Below are positions 18,794 through 27,588 of a stretch of 64,000 nt of DNA, in pieces. The DNA is from Chloroflexota bacterium (GTDB taxonomy: Bacteria; Chloroflexota; Limnocylindria; Limnocylindrales; CSP1-4), in contig JACPOR010000025.1 of NCBI GenBank assembly GCA_016191425.1, positions 14,633 through 78,632 of the forward strand. The letters are read 5' to 3'. Made by a program: the position numbers and the translations under genes. A model generated the notes under the pieces. It made no database searches. It was given only the letters and a program-made list of their open reading frames with translations, and was not told where the DNA came from. Position 1 is the stretch's first letter; every line of letters starts with the position of its first letter.

Positions 18794-20911
18794 CTATTGC
18801 AGCACCGACAGCTGCCGACCGGCGAGTTCGCGCGGCGCGAGTGACTCGGCGAGCAGTTCGGCGATATCGACGGCTCGAACCTCGCCCGCCGCGTTGTTCT
18901 CGGCGGCCTCGAGGCCATCCTTCATCATCGTCATGCAGAACGGGCACTCGGTCGCGACGGTGCCGGCCCCGGTGGAGAGGGCCTGATCCGTTCTCGATGC
19001 GTTGATCCGCGTCCCACGCGTCTCCTCCATCCACATGCGGCCGCCGCCGGCCCCGCAGCAGAAGGTGTTCTTGCCGGTCTTCTCCATCTCGATCAGGTCG
19101 AGCCCCGGCACGGCCCCGAGCACGTCCCGCGGCTCGGCCACAACGTTGTTGTAGCGCGCCATGTAGCACGAGTCGTGGAGAGTGACCGACCGTCGGGGGG
19201 AGGTCTCGTCGTCGATGACGCGGAGGCGCCCGGCCGCGAGCAGTTCCTTCAGGAACGCGGAGTGATGGACGACGCGAAACGTGCCGCCGAGCTGGCCGTA
19301 CTCGTTGCCGATGGAGTTGAAGCAGTGCGGGCAGGCGGTGACGATCGTCTTCTCGCCCATGCGGTACCGGTTGAGGGTCTCGACATTCCCGCTCGCCAGC
19401 ATCTGGTAGACGTAGTCGTTGCCCATGCGGCGAGCCGGGTCGCCGGTGCACGATTCTTCCTGGCCGAGGACGGCGAAGTTCAGTCCCGCCGCATCCAGGC
19501 ACGTGGCGAAGGCACGTGCCACCTTGCGATTCCGCTCATCGAACGCCGCCGCGCAGCCGACCCAGTAGAGCACGTCGAGCGCTTCGAGCTTGCCAGCGGC
19601 AGCCACGTCGGCAACGATCGGCACCTCGAAGGGCAGGCCCTTCGTCCAATCGAGGCGCGACGCCGGGGGTTGACCCCACGGGTTACCGACCCCCTCCATG
19701 TTCCGGAAGGCGCCGTTGAGCTCGGCCGGGAAGCGGGAGTCCTCGAGGACCAGGTTCCGGCGAAGGCCGATGATCTTGTCCACGTGCTCGATCAGGACCG
19801 GGCAGGCCTCCACGCAGGCACCGCAGGTCACGCAATCCCAGACGGCATCGAACGGGATCGCGTTGTCCACGATGGGTTTGGCCAGCGCCGCGGCCTGGAT
19901 CGTGTCGTCGAGCCCATAGGTCTCGCGGACGATGGCCGAGTTCGGGATCAGGGGCAGGCCGTGCTCCGCCTCCACCGACATCTCGCGGATGCCCATGATG
20001 AAGTGCTTAGGGTTGAGCGGCTTGCCCGTGTTCCAGGCCGGACAGGCCTGCTGGCACCGACCGCACTCGGTGCAGGTGAAGCCGTCCAGCATGTCCTTCC
20101 AGCCGAGATCCGCGAGCGTTCGGACGCCGAAGGTCGCATCTTCCGCCTCGAGGTCCATGGCCGGGAGTTCGCCGCGGGGGGCAAGCTTGCGGTAGTAGAT
20201 GTTCGGGAAGGCCATCGCGACGTGGTAGTGCTTGCTGAACGGGAGGAAGCACAGGAAGGCGGCGACGATCGCGATGCGCGCCCACCAGAGCACGGCGAAT
20301 GCCGCCTCGAGGAAGCCGGAATCCAGGGATCGCAGCGGGTTCGCGATGGCGGCGGCGATGAAGGCGCCCGGCTTGTCGCCGTACCTCGCGAACTCGAACA
20401 CCTGCGCGAAGAGCTCGGTCGCCACGACGCCGCCGATCAGCAGGAGGATCGACAGCGCGTCCCGGTTGTAGGTGAGGCGAGCAGGTTTCGAGATCAGGCG
20501 GCGTTCGAACGCCCAGCCGATGAAGACGAGGACGATCACCGCGACGACATTCTGCATCGCCGAGATCGCCATCCAGATCAGGCCATCGAACGGGGCCGAC
20601 AGGATGGTCTGGATGATCCCGCCCGTGACGATGTCGGCCGTCCCGATCGTGAGCAGGATGAACCCCCAGAAGATGCCGAAGTGCATAACGCCGGCCCTGG
20701 GATCCTTGAACATCCTGACCTGGAGGAAGGCGTAGCGGATCAGGCCGAGGGTTCGGGTCGGGATCTTGGCCAAGGGGTTCGGGCCCGGCGCATGTCCGGC
20801 CGCGAGGACCCGGATGTGTCGTGCTGTGACGAGGGCGAAGAATGCAGCCGCGCCCCAGAAGACGACGAACACCAGTGGATAGGCGGGAACCTCGGCAAAG
20901 ACCGGGAACAT
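18794..20911 (-). CDS. membrane-bound Fe-S oxidoreductase, HdrD/EtfD-like (NarI-like TM domain + 2x[4Fe-4S] + two CCG domains)
   Basis: N-terminal TM bundle, CTECGRCQQACP and CVTCGACVEACP ferredoxin motifs, and CCG-type Cys clusters (CPHCFNS, FCCGAGGG, CPFCMTMM). The architecture matches Rv0338c-type EtfD. Confidence 0.85.
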   Translation of the reverse strand: MFPVFAEVPAYPLVFVVFWGAAAFFALVTARHIRVLAAGHAPGPNPLAKIPTRTLGLIRYAFLQVRMFKDPRAGVMHFGIFWGFILLTIGTADIVTGGIIQTILSAPFDGLIWMAISAMQNVVAVIVLVFIGWAFERRLISKPARLTYNRDALSILLLIGGVVATELFAQVFEFARYGDKPGAFIAAAIANPLRSLDSGFLEAAFAVLWWARIAIVAAFLCFLPFSKHYHVAMAFPNIYYRKLAPRGELPAMDLEAEDATFGVRTLADLGWKDMLDGFTCTECGRCQQACPAWNTGKPLNPKHFIMGIREMSVEAEHGLPLIPNSAIVRETYGLDDTIQAAALAKPIVDNAIPFDAVWDCVTCGACVEACPVLIEHVDKIIGLRRNLVLEDSRFPAELNGAFRNMEGVGNPWGQPPASRLDWTKGLPFEVPIVADVAAAGKLEALDVLYWVGCAAAFDERNRKVARAFATCLDAAGLNFAVLGQEESCTGDPARRMGNDYVYQMLASGNVETLNRYRMGEKTIVTACPHCFNSIGNEYGQLGGTFRVVHHSAFLKELLAAGRLRVIDDETSPRRSVTLHDSCYMARYNNVVAEPRDVLGAVPGLDLIEMEKTGKNTFCCGAGGGRMWMEETRGTRINASRTDQALSTGAGTVATECPFCMTMMKDGLEAAENNAAGEVRAVDIAELLAESLAPRELAGRQLSVLQ

Positions 20912-21468
20912 CAGCTGGCGTCCTCCTCCGGGCGATCGTACGTCACGCGACGGGACGCTCGCGCGGCGTCGTGGTCATGTGGCCCCGCGAGGGTCTCGAT
21001 CGCGTGGGCCAGGATCGGCTCGACGGCGTTGAGGGCTTCGAGGGCCCCCGTGGGGCTCCCGGGGAGGTTGATCACGAGCGTCGTGCCCACCATGCCGGCC
21101 ACGGCGCGGGACAGGTCGGCGAGCGGCGTTGCGCGACGTCCGGCCGCTCGCATCGCCTCACCGATGCCGGGGATCTCCTGGTCCAGAATCGCCCGCGTGG
21201 CCTGGGGTGTCACGTCCCGAGGCGTGAGACCCGTCCCACCCGTGGTGAGCACGAGCTGATGGGATCGGGCGGCAGCCAGAACGGCCGCTCCGATCCCTGC
21301 TGCATCGTCCATCACGACTCCCCGGTCGACCCGGGCCCCGAGCGCGGTCAGGCGTGTTTCGAGGACGGTTCCCGATCGGTCATCCCGGGTCCCGCTCGCG
21401 ACTCCGTCGCTCACGGTCAGGACGAACACCCGTGTCCCGCCAAGGCCGAGCGATCCATCCGCCGCCAC
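20911..21468 (-). CDS. mog: molybdenum cofactor biosynthesis protein MogA/MoaB family
   Basis: VFVLTVSDG..., LVLTTGGTGLTPRDVTPQA, INLPGSP. The start is placed at GTG 21468, 3 nt after the moaC stop and behind GGAAGGG. Confidence 0.8.
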   Translation of the reverse strand: MAADGSLGLGGTRVFVLTVSDGVASGTRDDRSGTVLETRLTALGARVDRGVVMDDAAGIGAAVLAAARSHQLVLTTGGTGLTPRDVTPQATRAILDQEIPGIGEAMRAAGRRATPLADLSRAVAGMVGTTLVINLPGSPTGALEALNAVEPILAHAIETLAGPHDHDAARASRRVTYDRPEEDAS

Positions 21469-21470
21469 GA

Positions 21471-22112
21471 TCAGCCCTTCCGGATCCGACCCGCCGCACG
21501 ATCGCCAGGTCGTCGGCCTGGCCGCGGGGTCGGAGTCCCCGACCCGGTCGCCTGGCGGGCGGCACCCGACCCGGTCGCCTGGCGGGCGGCACCCGGGCTC
21601 GGAGCCGTCTCGCGACGCCAATCGCCGCTCTTGCCGCCGGTCTTTGAGACGAGGCGAATCCACTGGATCTCGACCCCGCGCTCGACCCCCTTGACCATGT
21701 CGTACACCGTGAGCGCAGCCACGGACGCTGCGGTCAGCGCTTCCATCTCCACGCCGGTGGGTCCGGTGGTGGCCGCCTCGACACGGATGCGGAGGCCGCC
21801 CGCGGCACGGTCCGGCGAGATCGCGACGACGAGGTCGGTCAGGGCGAGCGGGTGGCACAAGGGGATGAGTTCCGACGTTCGCTTGCCACCCATGACACCG
21901 GCCAGCTCGGCGACGCCCAGGACATCGCCCTTGGCGGATCCGCCGTCGATCACGAGGGACAGGGTCTCCGGCGCAAGGGCCACGAAGGCCTCGGCAATGG
22001 CGCGGCGGGCCGTGGATGGCTTGCTGCTCACGTCCACCATCCGTGGTCGCCCGCTGCGGTCAACATGGGTCAGCCGGCGTCGCTCAGCTCGGGGAGCTGG
22101 TCCTCGGTCCAT
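21471..22112 (-). CDS. moaC: cyclic pyranopterin monophosphate synthase MoaC, with repeat-containing C-terminal tail
   Basis: LTHVD...MVDVS..K, TSELIPLCHPL and GVEMEALTAASVAALTVYDM motifs. A roughly 45-aa low-complexity tail contains a 27-bp x2 duplication. Confidence 0.9.
   Translation of the reverse strand: MDRGPAPRAERRRLTHVDRSGRPRMVDVSSKPSTARRAIAEAFVALAPETLSLVIDGGSAKGDVLGVAELAGVMGGKRTSELIPLCHPLALTDLVVAISPDRAAGGLRIRVEAATTGPTGVEMEALTAASVAALTVYDMVKGVERGVEIQWIRLVSKTGGKSGDWRRETAPSPGAARQATGSGAARQATGSGTPTPRPGRRPGDRAAGRIRKG
21540..21593. repeat. perfect 27-bp x2 tandem duplication inside moaC 3-prime tail
   Basis: cgacccggtcgcctggcgggcggcacc occurs twice back to back and encodes GAARQATGS twice. 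Confidence 0.9.
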
Positions 22113-22162
22113 GGTTCCTCCTCGTGCCGTTGATCATGCCCGACCCGACGGCGATCAGTTGC

Positions 22163-23506
22163 TCAGGGACAGCCCAGCCACCAGATGTCGACTTCGCCAC
22201 CGGCCGGATGGACGTCGACCCCTTCCGGGATGACCGCCAGTGCCTCGGCTTCGGCGAGCGCCGACAGGACGTGGCTCCCCTGACCGCTGACGCCACCGAC
22301 GAGGCGGACGATGACCCGACCCTCCCCATTGCGAACGGGTGTGCCTCGGTCATCTCGGTCGGCCCGGACACGCACGAACGCCCTTCGTCCAGGGCTCTTG
22401 GGTGTCTGATCCAGCAGGACCGCCCGGTCGACCGGGCGTCCGTGATCCAGGTGGCCGCCGAGCCGGCGAAGCGCTGGACGAACGAAGAGCTCGAAGGTCA
22501 CGAACGTTGAAACGGGGTTGCCCGGCAGCCCGAACAGGAGCACCGGGACTCCGCCCCCCGGGCGCGGCGCGGTGCCGAAGACGAACGGCTTGCCCGGTTG
22601 AACGGCCGCGCGCCAGAAGGAGATCGAGCCGAGTTCGGAAAATGCCGTGCGAACGTGATCGTACGGGCCCACCGAGACGCCGCCGGATACGATGATCGCG
22701 TCGGGACTCTCCGCCAGCCCGGCGCTGAGTCGGGAACGGACCTCCTCGATCCGATCCCGGGCGATCCCGAGACTTCGGCCCTCGCCACCGGCGTCCTGGA
22801 CAGAGGCGAACAGGGCGGGTCCGTTCGAGTCTGGTATGCCAGAGACACCGAGTTCCGCCCCGGGCGCCCGGATCTCGTCCCCGGTCGCCAGGATCCCGAC
22901 GATCGGGCGCCGATGGACGGACAGTGCGGCGTGCCCCGCACCCGCCACGATGGCCACGCTGGCGCGGCCGACAGTCGTGCCGGCCCTGAGAACGAGCGTC
23001 CCGGACTGCAGGTCGCTCGCGCGCCGCCGGATCGAGCCCCCGAGCGGAACCCTGGTATGAACGAGGATGGCGGGGGGCAATGGGTCGGCGGCGTCACGGC
23101 CGCGTGGTCCCAGCGCGGTCCCATCGGCGGCCGTCGGGGTCGTCTCCTCGACGGGCACGACGCTGTCGGCGCCGTCGGGAATCCGGGCGCCGGTGGCGAT
23201 CCGAACCGCCGTGCCCCGTCCCACGCTGGCATCGGGTGCACCGCCGGCCGCGACGTCGCCGATCACGGTGATGGGCACGGGGGTCTGATCCGTGGCATCC
23301 GCGACGTCGGCGTGTCGAAGTGCATAACCGTCCATCGCGCTGTTGTCCCATGGCGGCAGGTCGATCGCGGATCTGACGTCCTCGGCGGCCACGCGACCAA
23401 GCGCATCAGCGAGCTGGACCCACTCCGGCTCGGTCGGCTTCGGAACTGCCGCGAAGATCGCCGCGAGGGCCTCGTCGGCGCTCATCAACCGATCCGCCAT
23501 GGGCAC
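22163..23506 (-). CDS. moeA: molybdopterin molybdotransferase MoeA
   Basis: PPWDNSAMDGYA, the MoeA N/linker domains, and SGGVSVGPYD plus LPGNPVS motifs. Confidence 0.9.
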   Translation of the reverse strand: MPMADRLMSADEALAAIFAAVPKPTEPEWVQLADALGRVAAEDVRSAIDLPPWDNSAMDGYALRHADVADATDQTPVPITVIGDVAAGGAPDASVGRGTAVRIATGARIPDGADSVVPVEETTPTAADGTALGPRGRDAADPLPPAILVHTRVPLGGSIRRRASDLQSGTLVLRAGTTVGRASVAIVAGAGHAALSVHRRPIVGILATGDEIRAPGAELGVSGIPDSNGPALFASVQDAGGEGRSLGIARDRIEEVRSRLSAGLAESPDAIIVSGGVSVGPYDHVRTAFSELGSISFWRAAVQPGKPFVFGTAPRPGGGVPVLLFGLPGNPVSTFVTFELFVRPALRRLGGHLDHGRPVDRAVLLDQTPKSPGRRAFVRVRADRDDRGTPVRNGEGRVIVRLVGGVSGQGSHVLSALAEAEALAVIPEGVDVHPAGGEVDIWWLGCP

Positions 23507-24661
23507 TCAGTCTCCAGAGCCGCGCGAGCCTGCGGCCCTGGCCGCGGCCGTGCGTTCGCGGACGATCTCGCCGATTGCCCGGCGTGTCAGCACGCCCTGC
23601 AGGACCCCATCGTCGAGCACCGGCAGGCCATCGAGGCCCGAGCGCATCAGGCGCTCCACCCCGGCGACAAGCCCGAGGTCCGAGCCGAGCACCACCATCC
23701 GAGGCGGTCGCGCCATCGCATCGCCGACGCGGGTGGTCCCCCATACGCCGCGCCGAAGACGGCGAACCTCACGAACACCCAGTATGCCGACGACCGTCGG
23801 CCCCTCCATAACCGGGATCGCCGTCGTGGTCGTCTCGCCATCGAGCAGCTGCCCGGCCAGCGTATCGACTGTCAGGCTCGGCTGGACCGAGGTGGGATCG
23901 TGCTCCATCGCGTCCCCCACGCTCAGATCCCCGATCAGTCCATCGATCTTCAGTCGCTCGCGGATGGCTCGACTCGACAGGATCAGAAACCAGCCACTCA
24001 GGGCCACCATGGCACCGTTCGTGATCTCGCCGGCCACGAAAACCCCGCCGCCGATCGCCAGGCCCAGCAGGCCGGCGGCGCGCCCACTCATTGCCGCGGC
24101 GTTCCAGCCTCGAGCGAGCGATCCAGTCCGGCGCCAGGCCAGACCGCGCACGATCCGCCCTCCGTCGAGGGGATAGGCGGGAATGAGGTTGACCAGCCCG
24201 ATCAGGACGTTCAGTACCGCCAGCACCGCGAGCAGCTGGCCGAGGGCCGTGCCGACCTCCGTGCCGAGAGCCTCGGCTCCGAGCGCAAGGAGGCCGACGA
24301 GGAGCCCGAGGATGACGCTCAGGATCGGGCCGCTCACGGCAATCGCCAGGTCGTCGGCGGCGACCGATGAGGTCGGATCCGCGGGCGAGGTTCCGCCGAA
24401 GAACGATATGAGCATCGAATCCACCGGTACGCCCCGTCGACGGGCCGTCACGGCGTGGGCAAGATCGTGCAGCATCGCACTCACGAAGAATGCGACTCCG
24501 ACCACGCCCCCGAGGACCCATTGCACCGGGGTCGCAAGAGACGGCACCACGGCGCCGACCTGGATGACCGCCAGTGCCGCCACGAGTGCCACCACGAAGA
24601 TCCAGCCGAGCTGGACCCGGACCTCGATCCCGATGATCCGGGCAATCGGCACGCCGATCAC
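23507..24661 (-). CDS. site-2 protease (M50) family protein with tandem CBS domains
   Basis: TM core with MLHDLAHAV (HxxxH) and IPAYPLDGGR motifs. The C-terminus has two CBS-like repeats (VGDAMEHDPTSV..., VGDAMARPPRMV...). Confidence 0.85.
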   Translation of the reverse strand: MIGVPIARIIGIEVRVQLGWIFVVALVAALAVIQVGAVVPSLATPVQWVLGGVVGVAFFVSAMLHDLAHAVTARRRGVPVDSMLISFFGGTSPADPTSSVAADDLAIAVSGPILSVILGLLVGLLALGAEALGTEVGTALGQLLAVLAVLNVLIGLVNLIPAYPLDGGRIVRGLAWRRTGSLARGWNAAAMSGRAAGLLGLAIGGGVFVAGEITNGAMVALSGWFLILSSRAIRERLKIDGLIGDLSVGDAMEHDPTSVQPSLTVDTLAGQLLDGETTTTAIPVMEGPTVVGILGVREVRRLRRGVWGTTRVGDAMARPPRMVVLGSDLGLVAGVERLMRSGLDGLPVLDDGVLQGVLTRRAIGEIVRERTAAARAAGSRGSGD

Positions 24662-24888
24662 GACGCTCCCCCGCCGGCCGCAGGACCCGGATCCCGGTCC
24701 GATCGGATGCGGTCTGTGGCCGGGCGCAGGTCGGCGGCCGAGAGACCGGTCCAGGCGACGGCCTCGGATCTATCCTCTCTGAAGGGCGCCCATGCAGGCG
24801 GCAGGAAGGGCAGGGTCGAGATCGCGGGGACGACGGGTGCTACCGACGCGGTCACGAGGTTGGAGAGCAGTCCGGGGATTCGGCGCAT
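24658..24888 (-). CDS. candidate hypothetical protein (76 aa)
   Basis: ATG-initiated ORF whose stop overlaps the GTG start of the M50/CBS gene as GTGA. Third-position GC is high. No recognisable motif and no clear SD. Confidence 0.25.
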   Translation of the reverse strand: MRRIPGLLSNLVTASVAPVVPAISTLPFLPPAWAPFREDRSEAVAWTGLSAADLRPATDRIRSDRDPGPAAGGGAS

Positions 24889-24927
24889 CGACGCATGGTA
24901 CCGCCGGACCCATCCGGGACCCGTTGC

Positions 24928-25317
24928 CTACTCGTCCTCGAGCGTGCGCGCCTGCTCCCACCAGCTCTCGAGCGTGAGGTCGGTCGGCGAATCGAGGTTC
25001 AGCTCCTGCGCTCCACGCGCGATCCGACCGCGGAATTCGTCAAGGTCCACCGCCAGGATGTCCCGGAGACCTTCGAACCCGGACTGACTCAGCAGGATGT
25101 GCTCGGTGGGCCCGAAACCGGCGAGGTTGAGCATCAGGGCCTCGTCCCGCCACGTCAGGACGTCATTGGTCGATGCGTCCACCTGGTCCGCGAGCGTCTG
25201 GCGGCGCGTGGGCGTCTCGCTGACTTCGAGCAGCAGACCGGTCGTGAAAACCCCCTGGCGATCGAGGCGGTCAAGGTGGACCGGCTCGATGCGGGTCAGT
25301 TCAGTGATCGGCGGCAC
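24928..25317 (-). CDS. DUF4332 domain-containing protein
   Basis: 129 aa with helix-hairpin-helix-like repeats (RLDRQGVFTTGLLLE..., LAGFGPTEHILLSQSGFEGLRDILAVD) that I recognise as DUF4332-like. Confidence 0.6.
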   Translation of the reverse strand: MPPITELTRIEPVHLDRLDRQGVFTTGLLLEVSETPTRRQTLADQVDASTNDVLTWRDEALMLNLAGFGPTEHILLSQSGFEGLRDILAVDLDEFRGRIARGAQELNLDSPTDLTLESWWEQARTLEDE

Positions 25318-25520
25318 GTCCGGGGATCCCTCCTCTTGCCTGACTACGCTCGAAAGGATGACACGTCTGCATTCCGCTCACCGGGCGGGGAATCTCCGCA
25401 GGAAGCCCTCGTTGGCGGCGGGCTTCGGGATGCTCGAGGAGATCGCTCTGACGATCGGCCCCTACCGGCTTCGTGACGAACGCCAGGACGATGCGCATGT
25501 CGACCGGGCCGACCCCGTCC

Positions 25521-27044
25521 TCATGACAATGCGGCGGCTTCACGCCGCAGGATCTCCCACGCGCGCGCCACGTGCCGGTCCTCCGTCCTGATCTGGCCGA
25601 GGGCCACGCGGATGGCGAACCGGCCGTCAAGCCGAGTATGGGACAGGAACACCTCGCCGGTCCGGTTGACAGCTTCGAGAAGGTCCTGGTTGAGCGAATC
25701 GAGGCGCTCGTCGCGGGCCCGGCCGGACTCCCGGGGCGGGCCCGGAGGAGCGTAGCGGAGGCAGACCGTGGAGAACGGGGCTGGCGCCAGCCGCTCGAAG
25801 CTTGGGTCTGCATCCACCCAGGACGCGAACGCCTGGGCCTGCTCGATGTGGTGACGGATCCGCCGTCGCAGGCCCTCGAGACCGAACCAGCGCAGCAGGA
25901 CCCACAGCTTCAAGGCCCGGAAGCGGCGCCCAAGCTGGGGCGTGTATTCATTCACGTCGCGGACCGGCGACGATCGGTCGAGCGTGCGGAGGTACTCCGG
26001 CACGAGGCTGAAGGCATCGCGCAGCCGTTCCATCCGGCGGGTCAGCAGGAGCGACGCATCGATCGGCGTGAAGAGCCACTTGTGCGGGTTGATGACGATC
26101 GAATCCGCGCGTTCCCAACCCGCGAAATCGGCTCGCCGTTCGGGCAGCATGGCCACCACACCGGCATAGGCAGCATCGACGTGCAGCCAGAGGCCGTGCC
26201 GGGCCGCGATGTCGGCGATCGGACCGATCGGATCGATCGCGGTGGACGACGTCGTCCCGAGCGTTGCCACGACGGCGACAGGCCGAAAACCGGCCTCGAG
26301 ATCCGAATCGATGGCCGCCGCCAGAGCATCCGGACGCATCCTGAGCGCCCCGTCTGTCGCGACGCGGACGACGTTTCGGCGCCCGATCCCGAGCGTCATC
26401 GCGGCTTTCTCGATCGACGAGTGGGCTTCCTCGGAGGCGTAGATCCGGGGCGCACCGAGTGCAGCGCGCCCCGCGAGCCCAAGTTCCGAGGCATCGAGGC
26501 CGGCCTGCTCGCGGGCCCCTCCAAGCGCGATGAGCGACGAGGTGGAGGCGGTGTCGTTGAGGAAGCCGTCATAGCTGTCTGGGAGCCCCACCGCCTGTCG
26601 CAGCCAGCCGACGACGACCTGTTCCAGTTCCGTCCCGATCGGCGACGTCCGCCAGAGCATGGGATTCTGCGAAAGCGAAGTCATCAGGAGTTCCCCGACG
26701 ATGCCGGCGGCCGAAGACGAGGTCGGGAAGTAGGCCATGAACCCGGGGTGCTGCCACTGAGTGGCGTTCGGCTCGATCAGGGCTCGGTAATCGGCGAGGA
26801 TGGTCTCCAGGGCCTCGGCTGCCTCGGGCGGGGTCGCTGGAAAAAGTCCGACCAGCGAGCCCGGCTCGATTGCCGGAAGGACGGGCCGATCTGCCACGCC
26901 GGCAAGGTGCGCGACGACGACTTCGACCGCTGCGTGGAGGGCCGTCCGCAGCGCGTCCGGATCGAGATCGGTCAGGCCCTGCGACTGCTCGAACAGAACA
27001 GCGCCGATCGGTTCCTCTTCATCCTCGCCCTCGTGCTCCGGCAT
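25521..27044 (-). CDS. pyridoxal-dependent (group II, aromatic-L-amino-acid type) decarboxylase
   Basis: NPHKWLFTPIDAS PLP-lysine motif, WQHPGFMAYFP, and DAAYAG. Confidence 0.85.
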   Translation of the reverse strand: MPEHEGEDEEEPIGAVLFEQSQGLTDLDPDALRTALHAAVEVVVAHLAGVADRPVLPAIEPGSLVGLFPATPPEAAEALETILADYRALIEPNATQWQHPGFMAYFPTSSSAAGIVGELLMTSLSQNPMLWRTSPIGTELEQVVVGWLRQAVGLPDSYDGFLNDTASTSSLIALGGAREQAGLDASELGLAGRAALGAPRIYASEEAHSSIEKAAMTLGIGRRNVVRVATDGALRMRPDALAAAIDSDLEAGFRPVAVVATLGTTSSTAIDPIGPIADIAARHGLWLHVDAAYAGVVAMLPERRADFAGWERADSIVINPHKWLFTPIDASLLLTRRMERLRDAFSLVPEYLRTLDRSSPVRDVNEYTPQLGRRFRALKLWVLLRWFGLEGLRRRIRHHIEQAQAFASWVDADPSFERLAPAPFSTVCLRYAPPGPPRESGRARDERLDSLNQDLLEAVNRTGEVFLSHTRLDGRFAIRVALGQIRTEDRHVARAWEILRREAAALS

Positions 27045-27123
27045 GCGCGAAGTGTAGGAGGTCGTCGAGCAACGTCGGGAAGCTCCGAAGCCTCGCGCGA
27101 CAGCTCCTGCTACCCTCCCGCAA

Positions 27124-27585
27124 GTGCTGAAGGATCCCGGGGCAGCCGATTCGCCGCCACCGAGCGATGGGCAGCCGCCACCGAGCGATGGGCAGCCGCC
27201 TCCCCTATCCGGACAGCACCCTCCGTCCAGCGGAACCGGCCGGGCCAGGCAGCTCCGCTGGGCTGTGATCGACTCGCTGATTCCCGGGGTCGGTCACCTG
27301 GCGGCCGGGCGGCGAAACCTGGGCCTCGTGTTCGCGGTCCCGACCCTCGTCGCCCTGGTGGCCGTGGCGGCCGTGATCGCAACGACCTCGCTGCCGCGGC
27401 TGGCCGCCGGGGTCGTGAACCTCCTCGGCGCGATCCTGATCCTCGAAGGCCTTGTCCTCGCCTGGCGACTGATCGCGGTCATGGCCGCCGTGCTTGCCGT
27501 CGGACCAAGGCGACCTGGCCTCAGGCACAGCGTCCGCGTCGCGGTGCTCATCGCTGTCGTGATCCTGCCGCAGGCCTATCTCTGA
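27124..27585 (+). CDS. N-terminal membrane-anchor fragment of an LCP family protein (terminated by in-frame TGA)
   Basis: Pro-rich N-terminus followed by 3 TM helices. Same reading frame as the next ORF, separated only by TGA plus one codon. Confidence 0.6.
   Translation: MLKDPGAADSPPPSDGQPPPSDGQPPPLSGQHPPSSGTGRARQLRWAVIDSLIPGVGHLAAGRRNLGLVFAVPTLVALVAVAAVIATTSLPRLAAGVVNLLGAILILEGLVLAWRLIAVMAAVLAVGPRRPGLRHSVRVAVLIAVVILPQAYL
27153..27200. repeat. 21-bp x2.3 tandem repeat in LCP 5-prime region
   Basis: gccgccaccgagcgatgggca occurs twice plus a partial copy. Encodes PPPSDGQ repeats. Confidence 0.9.
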
Positions 27586-27588
27586 TAC

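Noticed and set aside
19175-21259. Very long antisense ORFs (19175..21259 +, 22598..24370 +, 25572..27608 +, 31174..33051 -, 37480..39831 +, 56771..58726 +, 58864..60465 +)
   Set aside because: Each lies opposite a gene with strong motif support, and the translations are Arg/Asp/Gly/His/Pro-rich low complexity without domains. This is the expected stop-codon-poor antisense artefact of GC-rich DNA.
21466-21600. moaC and mog as a single gene split by a frameshift within the 27-bp duplication
   Set aside because: The duplication is 54 bp in total and preserves the frame. moaC has its own stop at 21471, and mog has a GTG with a GGAAGGG Shine-Dalgarno sequence 3 nt later. Two coupled genes explain the data.
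27583-27585. The TGA inside the LCP gene as evidence of stop-codon reassignment (code 4/25) or selenocysteine
   Set aside because: TGA clearly terminates many well-supported genes here, including numerous GTGA/ATGA overlaps. I see no SECIS-like hairpin directly downstream, and a Cys/Sec has no role at a TM-to-domain linker. A Trp (TGG) to TGA mutation or a base-call error is simpler.
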